From Thiotrichaceae bacterium UBA7359 (GTDB lineage Bacteria > Pseudomonadota > Gammaproteobacteria > Eutrophobiales > Eutrophobiaceae): a stretch of DNA of 35,213 nt. The stretch is taken from contig CAJJDJ010000048.1 of NCBI GenBank assembly GCA_905182825.1, positions 1 through 35,213 on the forward strand. The letters run 5' to 3'. How positions within the stretch are numbered: the first letter of the stretch is position 1; each line of letters opens with the position of its first letter. The notes beneath the pieces are model-generated. The model did no database searches. It was not told the DNA's origin and saw nothing but the letters and a program-made list of their open reading frames with translations. Positions 1 through 9,465 of the stretch are shown here, piece after piece. Both the position numbers and the translations under genes were made by a program.

Positions 1-221
1 TAGTCATTGCAGAAGCAGGATTATCCTTTCTCGGACTAGGCGTGCAGCCCCCTACAGCATCATGGGGTAGCATGATCCGAGATGGAACACGTTATATGTT
101 GATGGCTCCTCACATGGTGTTAGCCCCCGGTTTTGCTATCTTATCATTAGTATTATGTATAAACCTCTTGGGAGATTACCTCAGAGACAAAATGAATATA
201 AAAGAAATAAGAAAAATTTGA
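1..221 (+). CDS. ABC transporter permease, DppC/OppC (peptide/nickel) family, C-terminal fragment (5' end outside window)
   Basis: Not in the ORF track. Frame 3 reads VIAEAGLSFLGLGVQPPTASWGSMIRDGTRYMLMAPHMVLAPGFAILSLVLCINLLGDYLRDKMN... with TGA at 219-221. This is the typical C-terminal EAA-loop/TM6 region of binding-protein-dependent peptide permeases. Confidence 0.8.
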   Translation, partial: VIAEAGLSFLGLGVQPPTASWGSMIRDGTRYMLMAPHMVLAPGFAILSLVLCINLLGDYLRDKMNIKEIRKI

Positions 222-222
222 A

Positions 223-1257
223 ATGAAAATACAAAAAATACCACTAGGACCTATCATGACCGACCTTCGCGGTCTTCAGCTTGAAGTCGATGAGCATGAT
301 ATGTTAATGCATCCGCATGTGGGTGGCGTAATACTGTTCACACGAAACTATGAATCGTTAGAACAAATCACAACCTTATGCAAAAGTATTCATGATCTAC
401 GTGAACCGCATCTTTTAATCGCCGTTGACCATGAAGGTGGACGTGTACAACGTTTTCGAGATGGTTTTAGTCGTTTGCCGTCATGTGCTTCATTAGCTAA
501 GTGTCAGACTACCCATGATGCTGAATCGCTTTGTCAGAAAGCAGGATGGCTAATGGCTGCAGAATTATTAGCGATAGGTGTTGATATTAGTTTTGCGCCA
601 GTATTGGACTTGGGTGGAAAGATTAGTAATGTTATTGGTGATCGTGCTTTTCATACAGAACCCGACCAAATATCGAGGCTTGCACATGCTTATATGGATG
701 GCATGAAACAAGCAGGAATGTCGGCTGTAGGCAAACATTTTCCTGGGCATGGATCAGTCTTTGAAGATTCGCATGATGAGATACCTTATGATTGTCGAAA
801 ATATCAAGACATTCAAATGAAAGATCTTATTCCATTCGAAAAAATGATACGAGCAGGATTGCTTGGCTTGATGCCCGCTCATGTGATCTATACCGAGATA
901 GATGATAAACCTGCTGGTTTTTCTTCAATATGGTTAGAAGGAATATTACGAGAACAGTTGAAATTCCACGGAGCAATTTTTAGCGATGACTTGAGTATGA
1001 AAGGGGCTGAAGTTATGGGAAGCTATCCTCAGCGTGCGGAAGCGGCATTATCTGCGGGTTGTGATATGGTGTTGGCGTGTAACAATCAAGCAGGTGCAAT
1101 TTCCATTCTGAATGAAGCAAAAATACAGTCGAATATTGAATTGCAACCTCGGTTAATCAGAATGCATGGTCGTTTTGAAAAAAATATGTGTGAATTAAAG
1201 AAAACAGCATTATGGCAAGAACGATCAGCGGTTATATTAAACTTCAATGAAAAATAA
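223..1257 (+). CDS. nagZ: beta-N-acetylhexosaminidase NagZ (GH3), peptidoglycan recycling
   Basis: 344 aa. GH3 motifs DHEGGRVQRF and GKHFPGHG. Length and layout match single-domain NagZ. The ATG lies 1 nt after the upstream permease stop. Confidence 0.92.
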   Translation: MKIQKIPLGPIMTDLRGLQLEVDEHDMLMHPHVGGVILFTRNYESLEQITTLCKSIHDLREPHLLIAVDHEGGRVQRFRDGFSRLPSCASLAKCQTTHDAESLCQKAGWLMAAELLAIGVDISFAPVLDLGGKISNVIGDRAFHTEPDQISRLAHAYMDGMKQAGMSAVGKHFPGHGSVFEDSHDEIPYDCRKYQDIQMKDLIPFEKMIRAGLLGLMPAHVIYTEIDDKPAGFSSIWLEGILREQLKFHGAIFSDDLSMKGAEVMGSYPQRAEAALSAGCDMVLACNNQAGAISILNEAKIQSNIELQPRLIRMHGRFEKNMCELKKTALWQERSAVILNFNEK

Positions 1258-2020
1258 ATTTGAGTGATGATTTCTCTTCCTAAACAGAAAATAATTTTTT
1301 CGCACTTTGGAGTTCTGTGAATCAGTCAGTTTGAAAAGTAAGTTATACCGTATGCACAATATGTGCTTTGGAACGATTCATATATCGAATAAAATATTTT
1401 AGATTTACTGGGAGTAGTTGGTAAGACATTGCATGAATCAGAACAGCTAGTGATAAAAATTCTTCCTGGGCCCCACGCAGAATCCATCATTTTTATAGAG
1501 AATCTTCCATAATGGAAAATGACTCTCGCCGTTGCTTGATACGTCTATGTATAATTAAGCAAAATTAATTTTAATTTTTATTATATTAGTTCAAATGCAG
1601 AGTCTATTATCAAGCCTTAGACAGCTATTTTACCAATGAATGATTTTCTATACTTTGAAGAAACTTTAAATTTCCTGTCATTGGTATAACAGAATGATTA
1701 AGTAGTTTAAGGGAGTAGAGTTTTAAGAATAACAAACTGACATATTTGATAGATTAAAAAATGACTTAACGAGTTAAGTTATAGACAAATATAGTTTGTG
1801 ATTATTATGTCATCGTAAATTATTTTATTTGAAAGGTGACTTGGGCTGGACATATAATCACATAATAATGTTCGATGAGTTAGGCTCTTGATTATGAATA
1901 AAAGAAAATCGTTTATTGTCATCAATGCAATGTATCTAGCAGGAACATAAGATATGTTAGAGTTATTGAAAGCATATGGTTATAGCATGACGCCTATTTA
2001 CTAAATAACAGGATTAATAA

Positions 2021-3118
2021 ATGAGTCTTACAGAAATTTTTAGTGATGGATTAAGTTTTTTTGGAGAAGAGACCTGGATATTACAAGTTTTTATCGTGGT
2101 CTTTCTTACAGCAATGCTAAATTGGATGCAGAAACGTATCGTAAAAAAGATTATATCTGGACTCCAACTTACTCGAACTTATTGGGACGATGCACTATTT
2201 GATGCTGCACGCGAACCGATTACATTTTTAATCTGGATCATTGGACTGACATTCGCTGCTGATATCATAAAAAACGAAAATGATGTGACTATCTTTGCTG
2301 CTATAGCGCCAATACGAGATGTCGGAGTGATTGTTGTTGTTTCGTGGTTTCTTGTACGATTTGTTGGCCATGCAGAAATTAATATTTCCAAGACAAAACA
2401 AAAGCGTGGTGAAGATTTCGATAAAACGACTGCCGATGCAATTGCTAAATTACTGCGTATTTCAATCATAATTACTGCCGCCTTGGTCACGATGCAAACC
2501 TTGGGTTATAGCGTTTCAGGCGTATTAGCTTTTGGTGGTATTGGTGGAATTGCCATTGGTTTTGCGGCGCGTGATTTACTCGCTAATTTCTTTGGTGGTT
2601 TCATGGTTTATATGGATCGCCCATTTGATGTAGGTGACTGGATCCGATCACCGGATAAAGAGATTGAAGGCACAGTAGAAAAAATAGGCTGGCGTTTAAC
2701 AACTATACGAACTTTTGAGAAACGACCTTTGTATGTCCCAAATGCTGTTTTTACAAGCATCGCTGTCGAAAATCCATCACGTATGACTAATAGACGGATT
2801 AAAGAGACAATTGGCATTCGTTACGATGATGTAATCAAGATGGAAAATATAATTACTGAGGTTAAAAAGATGTTGAAACAACATGATGATATTGATGCAA
2901 ATCAAACACTGATTGTCAATTTTAATGAGTTTGCCCCATCATCACTTGATTTTTTTATATATACATTTACGAAAACAACTAATTGGATTAAATTTCATGA
3001 AGTTAAACAAAATGTCTTGTTGAAGGTTATTAGAATTGTAGAATCGCATGGTGCACAATGTGCTTTTCCAACATCAACTTTACATATTCAGCAAGGACAT
3101 CATGTCTCAGATACATAA
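2021..3118 (+). CDS. mechanosensitive ion channel, MscS family (YnaI/YbdG-like)
   Basis: 365 aa. Has N-terminal TM helices and the conserved pore and beta-domain region GGIGGIAIGFAARDLLANFFGG...DRPFDVGDWI...GTVEKIGWRLTTIRTFEKRPLYVPNAVF. Confidence 0.88.
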   Translation: MSLTEIFSDGLSFFGEETWILQVFIVVFLTAMLNWMQKRIVKKIISGLQLTRTYWDDALFDAAREPITFLIWIIGLTFAADIIKNENDVTIFAAIAPIRDVGVIVVVSWFLVRFVGHAEINISKTKQKRGEDFDKTTADAIAKLLRISIIITAALVTMQTLGYSVSGVLAFGGIGGIAIGFAARDLLANFFGGFMVYMDRPFDVGDWIRSPDKEIEGTVEKIGWRLTTIRTFEKRPLYVPNAVFTSIAVENPSRMTNRRIKETIGIRYDDVIKMENIITEVKKMLKQHDDIDANQTLIVNFNEFAPSSLDFFIYTFTKTTNWIKFHEVKQNVLLKVIRIVESHGAQCAFPTSTLHIQQGHHVSDT

Positions 3119-3214
3119 GCTGTCGGTAGCTCCATCATTATTTTTATAAGCCAAACAATTAATATATTTTATACACAGCTTTGCGTAATGGTAGATAGGT
3201 TGTAATCTATAAGA

Positions 3215-4045
3215 ATGGAATATCAATTTACAAAAATGCACGGTGTTGGAAACGACTTCATCGTTTTTGATAGCTATACGCAGCCACTAACCTTATCGTG
3301 TAAACAAGTTAGGTATATAGCAGATCGGCAATTTGGTATCGGCTGTGACCAGGTCTTGTTGCTTGAACCACCTAAAAATTCTGAAACAGATGTTTGTTAT
3401 CGAATATTCAATGCCGATGGTAGTGAAGTAATGCAGTGTGGTAACGGTGCTCGTTGTGTAGCGATCTATCTCAGGGAAAAAGGATTAGTGAAAAAAGATA
3501 GGATTATTGCCGAAACTGGCAAAGGTCTCCTTACTCTAGAAATTATTGATAATAATTGTGTGACTGTAAGTATGGGTGTGCCAGAATTCGAACCCAACAG
3601 GATCCCATTAAAAGTTAATCAAAGGATGAAAGAATATAAATTAAATCTGGGTGAAAATAAGCTGACTTTTGGTGCACTCTCCTTGGGAAACCCTCATGCT
3701 GTTATTATTGTTGATGATGTCGATACAACTATGGTGGATGTGATTGGTCCCAATATACAGCTAAGCGGGATGTTTCCAGAAAGTGTCAATGTTGGCTTTA
3801 TTCAAATATTGAATCAGGAGGCATTTAAGTTGCGCGTGTTTGAACGTGGTTCCGGTGAAACGTTAGCTTGTGGTAGCGGCGCTTGTGCCGCGATGGTTAT
3901 TGCTTGTCAGCAAGGGTATCTGAAGGGGACAATAGATGCGGAGTTACGTGGTGGTCATCTGACATTACGATGGGGAGGCGAAGGTGAACCAGTTTATATG
4001 ACAGGCCCTGCTGAAACAGTCTTTGAAGGAAAAATAGAATTATGA
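3215..4045 (+). CDS. dapF: diaminopimelate epimerase
   Basis: 276 aa. FTKMHGVGNDF N-terminus and both catalytic Cys motifs (QCGNGARC, ACGSGACA). Confidence 0.95.
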   Translation: MEYQFTKMHGVGNDFIVFDSYTQPLTLSCKQVRYIADRQFGIGCDQVLLLEPPKNSETDVCYRIFNADGSEVMQCGNGARCVAIYLREKGLVKKDRIIAETGKGLLTLEIIDNNCVTVSMGVPEFEPNRIPLKVNQRMKEYKLNLGENKLTFGALSLGNPHAVIIVDDVDTTMVDVIGPNIQLSGMFPESVNVGFIQILNQEAFKLRVFERGSGETLACGSGACAAMVIACQQGYLKGTIDAELRGGHLTLRWGGEGEPVYMTGPAETVFEGKIEL

Positions 4046-4749
4046 GTGAACATGAAACAGAGAGCTCGGAATCAAATAATATTTCAGAAAATATGGTTGT
4101 TGAATTTTTAAAGAATAACCCAGATTTTTTTAATCAATACCCCCATATTATTTCTGAATTAAAAATTCCGCATAATCATGGTACGGCTATATCATTAGTT
4201 GAAAAACAAGTCTTCGTTTTACGTGAACAAAACCAACAAACACGAAAGCGCTTACATGAGTTAGTAGAAATTGCTCGACAGAATGAAGAGCTTGCCAAAC
4301 GTATGCATAAATTAGCATTAATATTAATGGATGCAGATGATCCTAAAGATATTTTTAATACTTTGTACGGTGATTTGAAAAAGAATTTTCATGCGGATCG
4401 TGCTGTTGTTAGAATATTTGCAAAACCTTCCTTCATAGATAGCTTTGCAACAGATGAATTTGCAGGTCGCGAAACTGCAGAAGAGTCCTTGTTTAAAAGT
4501 ATTATTGATAAGCGATTGCCATTAAGTGGTCGTATGAAACGTCAACAACAAGTTTTTTTATTTGGCGATGATGGTGATGAAATTGCTTCATCTGTGATGA
4601 TCCCATTGCATGGTGAAGAGTGGGGTGGAATTCTTTCTATTGGTAGTTTCGATGCTGAGCATTTTCAAGCGGGTATGGGGATTGAATTACTTGCCAACTT
4701 AGGCGAAATATTAAGTTTTGTTCTAAAGCCTTGGGTTGAACAGGCTTAG
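4042..4749 (+). CDS. DUF484 family protein (YigA-like, GAF-like fold), function unknown
   Basis: 235 aa, the same length as E. coli YigA and at the same dapF-yigA-xerC position. Its ATG overlaps the dapF stop (ATGA, 4042-4045). Confidence 0.8.
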   Translation: MSEHETESSESNNISENMVVEFLKNNPDFFNQYPHIISELKIPHNHGTAISLVEKQVFVLREQNQQTRKRLHELVEIARQNEELAKRMHKLALILMDADDPKDIFNTLYGDLKKNFHADRAVVRIFAKPSFIDSFATDEFAGRETAEESLFKSIIDKRLPLSGRMKRQQQVFLFGDDGDEIASSVMIPLHGEEWGGILSIGSFDAEHFQAGMGIELLANLGEILSFVLKPWVEQA

Positions 4750-4787
4750 TGTTTAGCATAAATAATAAAGATTAATTAATTTTGATA

Positions 4788-5690
4788 ATGCAATCGTCAG
4801 AGTCGTCATTACTTGATTCTTTTATAAAAAGTTTACATCATCTTTCTGAACATACTCGTAATGGATATCAACGTGATCTTGTCTATCTAGGAATATTTTG
4901 TGATAAGCAAAAAATAAATAAGTGGTCTGATATTGATTGCAAACAGATAAGATGTTTTGTTGCTTCTCGACATCAAGGGGGTATTAGTGGTCGTTCATTA
5001 CAACGTAACCTGTCAGCAATTCGATCTTTTTATTATTATCTATTAAAGTTAGGCAAGGTTAAAAAAAACCCTGCTGAAGGCGTTGTTACTCCTAAAACAC
5101 CTCGTAAACTTCCCACTTTATTGGATACAGATCAGACCGTTCAACTACTCGAAATTAAACAACAAAATGGATTAGCGATTCGTGATCGTGCCATGCTGGA
5201 GTTGATTTATTCTTCTGGATTACGTCTTGCTGAGTTGGTTAGTACTAATATGAATGATGTTGATTTTAGTGATCGCTTATTGACAGTGATTGGTAAGGGT
5301 AAAAAAATGCGTAATATTCCCATTGGAAAGTACGCTATTAAGGCGATCAAAAATTGGCTCAAAATAAGACAATACATGGTTAATGAAAATGAAGTTGCAT
5401 TATTTATTAGCCAGCGAGGCAAACGAATCAGTCCAAGATCCGTCCAAGAACGTTTAAAAAAATGGGCTATAAAACAAGGCTTACCAAGCCATGTACACCC
5501 GCATATGCTGAGACATTCATTTGCCAGCCATATGTTGGAGTCTAGTGGCGACCTTCGTGCTATTCAGGAATTACTTGGTCATGCGGATATTAGTACTACG
5601 CAAGTTTATACTCATCTTGATTTTCAGCACTTGTCTCAGGTTTATGATAGGAGCCATCCTCGAGCATATCGAAAGAAATCGGTTCGATAG
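4788..5690 (+). CDS. xerC: tyrosine site-specific recombinase XerC
   Basis: Catalytic residues are visible (R in SGLRLAEL, HMLRHSFASH, LLGHADISTTQVYTH). The position after dapF-DUF484 argues for XerC rather than XerD. The ORF-track start at 4782 is TTG; the first ATG is at 4788. Confidence 0.9.
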   Translation: MQSSESSLLDSFIKSLHHLSEHTRNGYQRDLVYLGIFCDKQKINKWSDIDCKQIRCFVASRHQGGISGRSLQRNLSAIRSFYYYLLKLGKVKKNPAEGVVTPKTPRKLPTLLDTDQTVQLLEIKQQNGLAIRDRAMLELIYSSGLRLAELVSTNMNDVDFSDRLLTVIGKGKKMRNIPIGKYAIKAIKNWLKIRQYMVNENEVALFISQRGKRISPRSVQERLKKWAIKQGLPSHVHPHMLRHSFASHMLESSGDLRAIQELLGHADISTTQVYTHLDFQHLSQVYDRSHPRAYRKKSVR

Positions 5691-5713
5691 TTTTACTTTA
5701 TGGTAACTAATGA

Positions 5714-5740
5714 CTTGGGCATTACCCAACTGCTCATGTA
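5714..5740 (+). promoter_or_regulatory. candidate sigma-32 (heat-shock) promoter for hslVU
   Basis: CTTGGG (5714-5719), a 13-nt spacer, then CTCATGTA (5733-5740), compared with the consensus CTTGAA-N13-15-CCCCATNT. It lies about 30 nt upstream of the hslV SD GGAGAG. E. coli hslVU is sigma-32 dependent. Match judged by eye only. Confidence 0.3.
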
Positions 5741-5770
5741 CAATTCCGCTACCCTTCTTAGGAGAGAAAA

Positions 5771-6304
5771 GTGAAACAATATCGAGGCACAACTATATTA
5801 TCTGTTCGTCGCAACGAGCATGTTGTTATTGGCGGTGATGGACAAGTATCATTGGGCGATACTATCATGAAAGGCAATGCACGTAAGGTGCGACGTTTAT
5901 ATGATGAAAAAATAATTGCTGGGTTTGCCGGTGGCACAGCAGATGCTTTTACCTTATTTGAACGCTTTGAGGCTAAATTACAAAAACATCAAGGAAATTT
6001 AATGCGGTCCGCTGTTGAACTGGCAAAAGACTGGCGTACTGACCGAATGTTACGTCGACTTGAAGCATTACTATGTGTTGCTGATAAAACTACTTCGCTC
6101 ATTATTTCGGGAAATGGAGATGTAATAGAGCCAGAAGATCACATTATGGCGATAGGTTCAGGTGGTAATTATGCTAAATCGGCTGCACAAGCTTTAATTG
6201 AGAACACCGAAATGACCGCGCGTGAAATCGTTGAAAAAGGTTTAGGTATCGCTGCTAATATTTGTATTTATACGAATTCCAACTTAACTATTGAAGAACT
6301 GTAA
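5771..6304 (+). CDS. hslV: ATP-dependent protease subunit HslV
   Basis: 177 aa. GTTILSVRR...GGDGQVSLG... GTG start at 5771, preceded by GGAGAG with a 4-nt spacer. Confidence 0.95.
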   Translation: MKQYRGTTILSVRRNEHVVIGGDGQVSLGDTIMKGNARKVRRLYDEKIIAGFAGGTADAFTLFERFEAKLQKHQGNLMRSAVELAKDWRTDRMLRRLEALLCVADKTTSLIISGNGDVIEPEDHIMAIGSGGNYAKSAAQALIENTEMTAREIVEKGLGIAANICIYTNSNLTIEEL

Positions 6305-6342
6305 ATAGTTATTCAGAAATAATATTAAATAAACGGATTAAA

Positions 6343-7671
6343 ATGTCAGACTTAACACCACAGGCGATTGTTGCCGAACTAAATAAACATATTATTGGTC
6401 AAGACTCAGCTAAACGTGCAGTGGCTATTGCATTGCGTAATCGTTGGCGTCGAGTACAAGTTGATGAATCAATACGAAATGAGATTACCCCTAAGAATAT
6501 ATTAATGATTGGACCTACTGGTGTTGGTAAGACTGAAATTGCTCGACGTCTTGCTAAATTAGCTAAAGCACCATTCATTAAAATAGAAGCGACAAAATTT
6601 ACCGAGGTAGGTTATGTCGGACGTGATGTGGAATCGATTATTCGTGATCTTGCTGATGTTGCGATAAAACAGACACGTGAAATTGAATTAGAAAAAGTAA
6701 GTGCTCAGGCAGACGAAATTGCTATGGAAAGGGTGCTAGATATTTTATTGTTGCCAGCTCGAGATGTTGGTGAAAATGATCATGAATTAAATGAAAATTC
6801 AACACGTAAAAAATTTAGAAAAATGGTTGTTGAAGGAGAGCTTGATGATAAAGAGCTTGAAGTTGAGTTAAAGACACCTAGTGTTGGTGTTGAGATCATG
6901 GCACCACCGGGTATGGAAGAAATGACCAGTCAGTTGCAAGGCATGTTCCAGAACATGGGTGACAGCAAGAAACAAACACGTAAATTACATGTAAAAGATG
7001 CATTAAAACTATTAGCAGAAGAAGCCGCAGCAAAGTTATTAAATGAAGATGATATTAAGGCCATTTCATTAGAGAGTGTTGAACAACATGGTATTGTTTT
7101 TCTTGATGAGCTTGATAAGGTTACACGTCGTTCTGAAGTAAGTGGTTCCGATATTTCTCGTGAAGGTGTGCAACGTGATTTATTACCACTAGTGGAAGGT
7201 AGTACAGTAACAACAAAATATGGGATGGTTAAAACAGATCATATTTTATTTATCGCATCCGGCGCATTTCATCTGGCTAAACCTTCAGATCTCATTCCTG
7301 AGTTACAGGGGCGATTACCTATTCGTGTCGAATTAACCGCCTTGGTTGCAGATGACTTTGTTAGAATTCTCACAGAACCTAACGCATCATTAACAGAACA
7401 ATATACTTTATTAATGGCAACAGAAGGGGTGAACGTAAGTTTTACTGATGATGGTGTTAAGAGAATCGCAGAAATTGCTTTTCAGGTAAATGACTCTACT
7501 GAAAATATTGGTGCGCGTCGTCTGCATACAGTGATGGAACGATTACTTGAGACATTGTCATATGAAGCATCAGAAAAAAATGGCGAATCTATATCAATTA
7601 ATGCAAATTATGTTAATGATCATTTAAATATGTTGATTGAAGATGAGGATTTAAGTCGTTACATTCTTTAA
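6343..7671 (+). CDS. hslU: ATP-dependent protease ATPase subunit HslU
   Basis: 442 aa. [17 protein letters not shown], Walker [16 protein letters not shown], Walker [10 protein letters not shown], and an I-domain insertion. Confidence 0.97.
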   Translation: MSDLTPQAIVAELNKHIIGQDSAKRAVAIALRNRWRRVQVDESIRNEITPKNILMIGPTGVGKTEIARRLAKLAKAPFIKIEATKFTEVGYVGRDVESIIRDLADVAIKQTREIELEKVSAQADEIAMERVLDILLLPARDVGENDHELNENSTRKKFRKMVVEGELDDKELEVELKTPSVGVEIMAPPGMEEMTSQLQGMFQNMGDSKKQTRKLHVKDALKLLAEEAAAKLLNEDDIKAISLESVEQHGIVFLDELDKVTRRSEVSGSDISREGVQRDLLPLVEGSTVTTKYGMVKTDHILFIASGAFHLAKPSDLIPELQGRLPIRVELTALVADDFVRILTEPNASLTEQYTLLMATEGVNVSFTDDGVKRIAEIAFQVNDSTENIGARRLHTVMERLLETLSYEASEKNGESISINANYVNDHLNMLIEDEDLSRYIL

Positions 7672-7710
7672 TTTAAAAATAACTTTTAATATTTATGCTA
7701 ATTAAAAATC

Positions 7711-8082
7711 ATGTCAGATGCTAAACGAAGTCCAACTTCAATAAACCTACATCAAAAATCTCGTATGCTTGAGATAGAATATGATGATGGAGCTAGATTT
7801 GAATTGTCTTGTGAATATTTACGAGTTCACTCTCCTTCTGCGGACGTTAAAGGACATGGACCAGGGCAAGAAGTTTTACAAATAGGCAAAGAAATGATCA
7901 ATATTCAAGAGATAGAGGCTGTAGGGAACTATGCTGTTAAGTTAATCTTCGATGATGGGCATAATACAGGTCTTTATACTTGGGAATACTTGTATGAACT
8001 TGGCATAGAAAAAGATAATTATTGGATTAATTATCTGGATGCTTTAAAAAAAGCCGGACATGTTCGAAAATTAAATGACTGA
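7711..8082 (+). CDS. DUF971 domain protein (gamma-butyrobetaine hydroxylase N-terminal-like), function unknown
   Basis: 123 aa. [19 protein letters not shown]...[27 protein letters not shown] is characteristic of the proteobacterial DUF971 family. Its stop overlaps the ubiE start by 8 nt. Confidence 0.75.
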   Translation: MSDAKRSPTSINLHQKSRMLEIEYDDGARFELSCEYLRVHSPSADVKGHGPGQEVLQIGKEMINIQEIEAVGNYAVKLIFDDGHNTGLYTWEYLYELGIEKDNYWINYLDALKKAGHVRKLND

Positions 8083-8824
8083 ACAATCAATAACAGACTT
8101 TGGTTTTGAAAAAGTCCCTGTTAAAGAAAAGGCCAGAAGAGTCGCGGATGTCTTTACATCAGTAGCGTCAGAATATGATTTGATGAATGATGTGATGTCA
8201 TTTGGTGTACACCGATTATGGAAGCGAAAGACAGTAGATTTCTGTGCGATTAGAAGAAATTATCATGTATTGGATCTTGCTGGTGGTACTGGAGATATTG
8301 CAAGTTTAATTCATGAACGACTAGGTGATGATGGTCGGGTTACATTATGCGACATTAATACCGATATGTTGAAACAAGCAAGAGATCGATTTATAAATAA
8401 AGGAAAGATTAAGAGAGTTGACTATGTCCAGGCTAGTGCAGAGACCTTGCCTTTTGAGGACAATAGTTTTGATTGTATTACGCTTGCGTTTGGACTACGT
8501 AATATGACAGATAAAGATGCAGCCTTACGTTCTATGTATCAAAAGCTAAAATACGGTTCACAATTAGTCATTCTCGAATTTTCAAAGGTTGTGATTCCAG
8601 TGTTTAGTAAAATATATAATGAATACTCATTAAAATTGATTCCTCGATTTGGGAAAGTTATTGCTAATGATGTATCGAGTTATCAATATTTAGTTGAATC
8701 AATACGTATGCATCCTAATCAAGAAGTATTGGCGACTATGATGAAGCAAGCTGGCTTTGAAAAAGTTCAATATTATAATTTAACAGGTGGTGTTGTTGCT
8801 ATTCATCGTGGTTATAAAATATGA
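8075..8824 (+). CDS. ubiE: ubiquinone/menaquinone C-methyltransferase UbiE
   Basis: 249 aa. [21 protein letters not shown] motif [18 protein letters not shown]. Confidence 0.95.
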   Translation: MTEQSITDFGFEKVPVKEKARRVADVFTSVASEYDLMNDVMSFGVHRLWKRKTVDFCAIRRNYHVLDLAGGTGDIASLIHERLGDDGRVTLCDINTDMLKQARDRFINKGKIKRVDYVQASAETLPFEDNSFDCITLAFGLRNMTDKDAALRSMYQKLKYGSQLVILEFSKVVIPVFSKIYNEYSLKLIPRFGKVIANDVSSYQYLVESIRMHPNQEVLATMMKQAGFEKVQYYNLTGGVVAIHRGYKI

Positions 8825-9462
8825 GTGTTGTTGAAAATAAACTACCTATTTGGATAAAAAAGCTAGAAAAACTAGTCAATAAGACATTGAGTTTTGATGA
8901 AGAAACGCTTCATAAATTAGCAAAGCTTGAAGGTAAAGTGATTGCATTTGAATTTACTAATACAAAGTTGATAGTGTTTCTATCTTTCTCGGCAGCAGGC
9001 CTGACAATGAATACGACGTATAAAAATAAAGCCGATGTATTGATTAAAGGTACACCAATAAATTTTATAACGATGTTAGTCATGTCTAAGCAAGGTAGTA
9101 CTAATTTGCCAACAGATATGCAAATTAGGGGTGATATCGTTCTTGGTCAAAAATTTCAGTTAATTATGAAAAATATTGAAATTGATCTCGAAGAATTACT
9201 TGCAAAGTGGATGGGTGACAGTGTCGCTTACGAACTAGGAAGATTTATACGTGGTACTAATAGCGTAGCTGTAAATGCGGGCAAAACATTAGCAATGGAC
9301 ATAAGTGAATATCTACGTTTTGAAACTGAGATGTTACCGGATGAATTATTAGTAGATGGTTTTTGCAAAGAAGTCGATGTACTTCGGGAGGATGTTGACC
9401 GACTTTCTCAAAAAGTTGATCAAACCGTAAAACAAATAGAAAGTAAAGGTCAGAGTACTTAA
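8821..9462 (+). CDS. ubiJ: ubiquinone biosynthesis accessory factor UbiJ (SCP2 domain, YigP-like)
   Basis: 213 aa, at the conserved position between ubiE and ubiB. Has an SCP2-like N-terminal half and a coiled C-terminus. ATGA overlap with ubiE. Confidence 0.75.
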   Translation: MSVVENKLPIWIKKLEKLVNKTLSFDEETLHKLAKLEGKVIAFEFTNTKLIVFLSFSAAGLTMNTTYKNKADVLIKGTPINFITMLVMSKQGSTNLPTDMQIRGDIVLGQKFQLIMKNIEIDLEELLAKWMGDSVAYELGRFIRGTNSVAVNAGKTLAMDISEYLRFETEMLPDELLVDGFCKEVDVLREDVDRLSQKVDQTVKQIESKGQST

Positions 9463-9465
9463 TTT

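Noticed and set aside
1410-1490. tRNA-like fragments (AGTTGGTAAGAC reminiscent of a D-loop, GAATCC reminiscent of a T-arm end).
   Set aside because: No acceptor stem pairing, no GTTCRANYC T-loop, no consistent cloverleaf. This is not a tRNA or a recognisable tRNA remnant.
1264-1512. A single plus-strand frame that is open in blocks of 18, 6, 16 and 39 codons, separated by stops at 1318, 1339 and 1390. This suggested a pseudogene with in-frame nonsense mutations.
   Set aside because: With this base composition stops are expected about every 14 codons, so the block lengths are within random expectation. I could not match the translation (e.g. LLGVVGKTLHESEQLVIKILPGPHAES) to any family.
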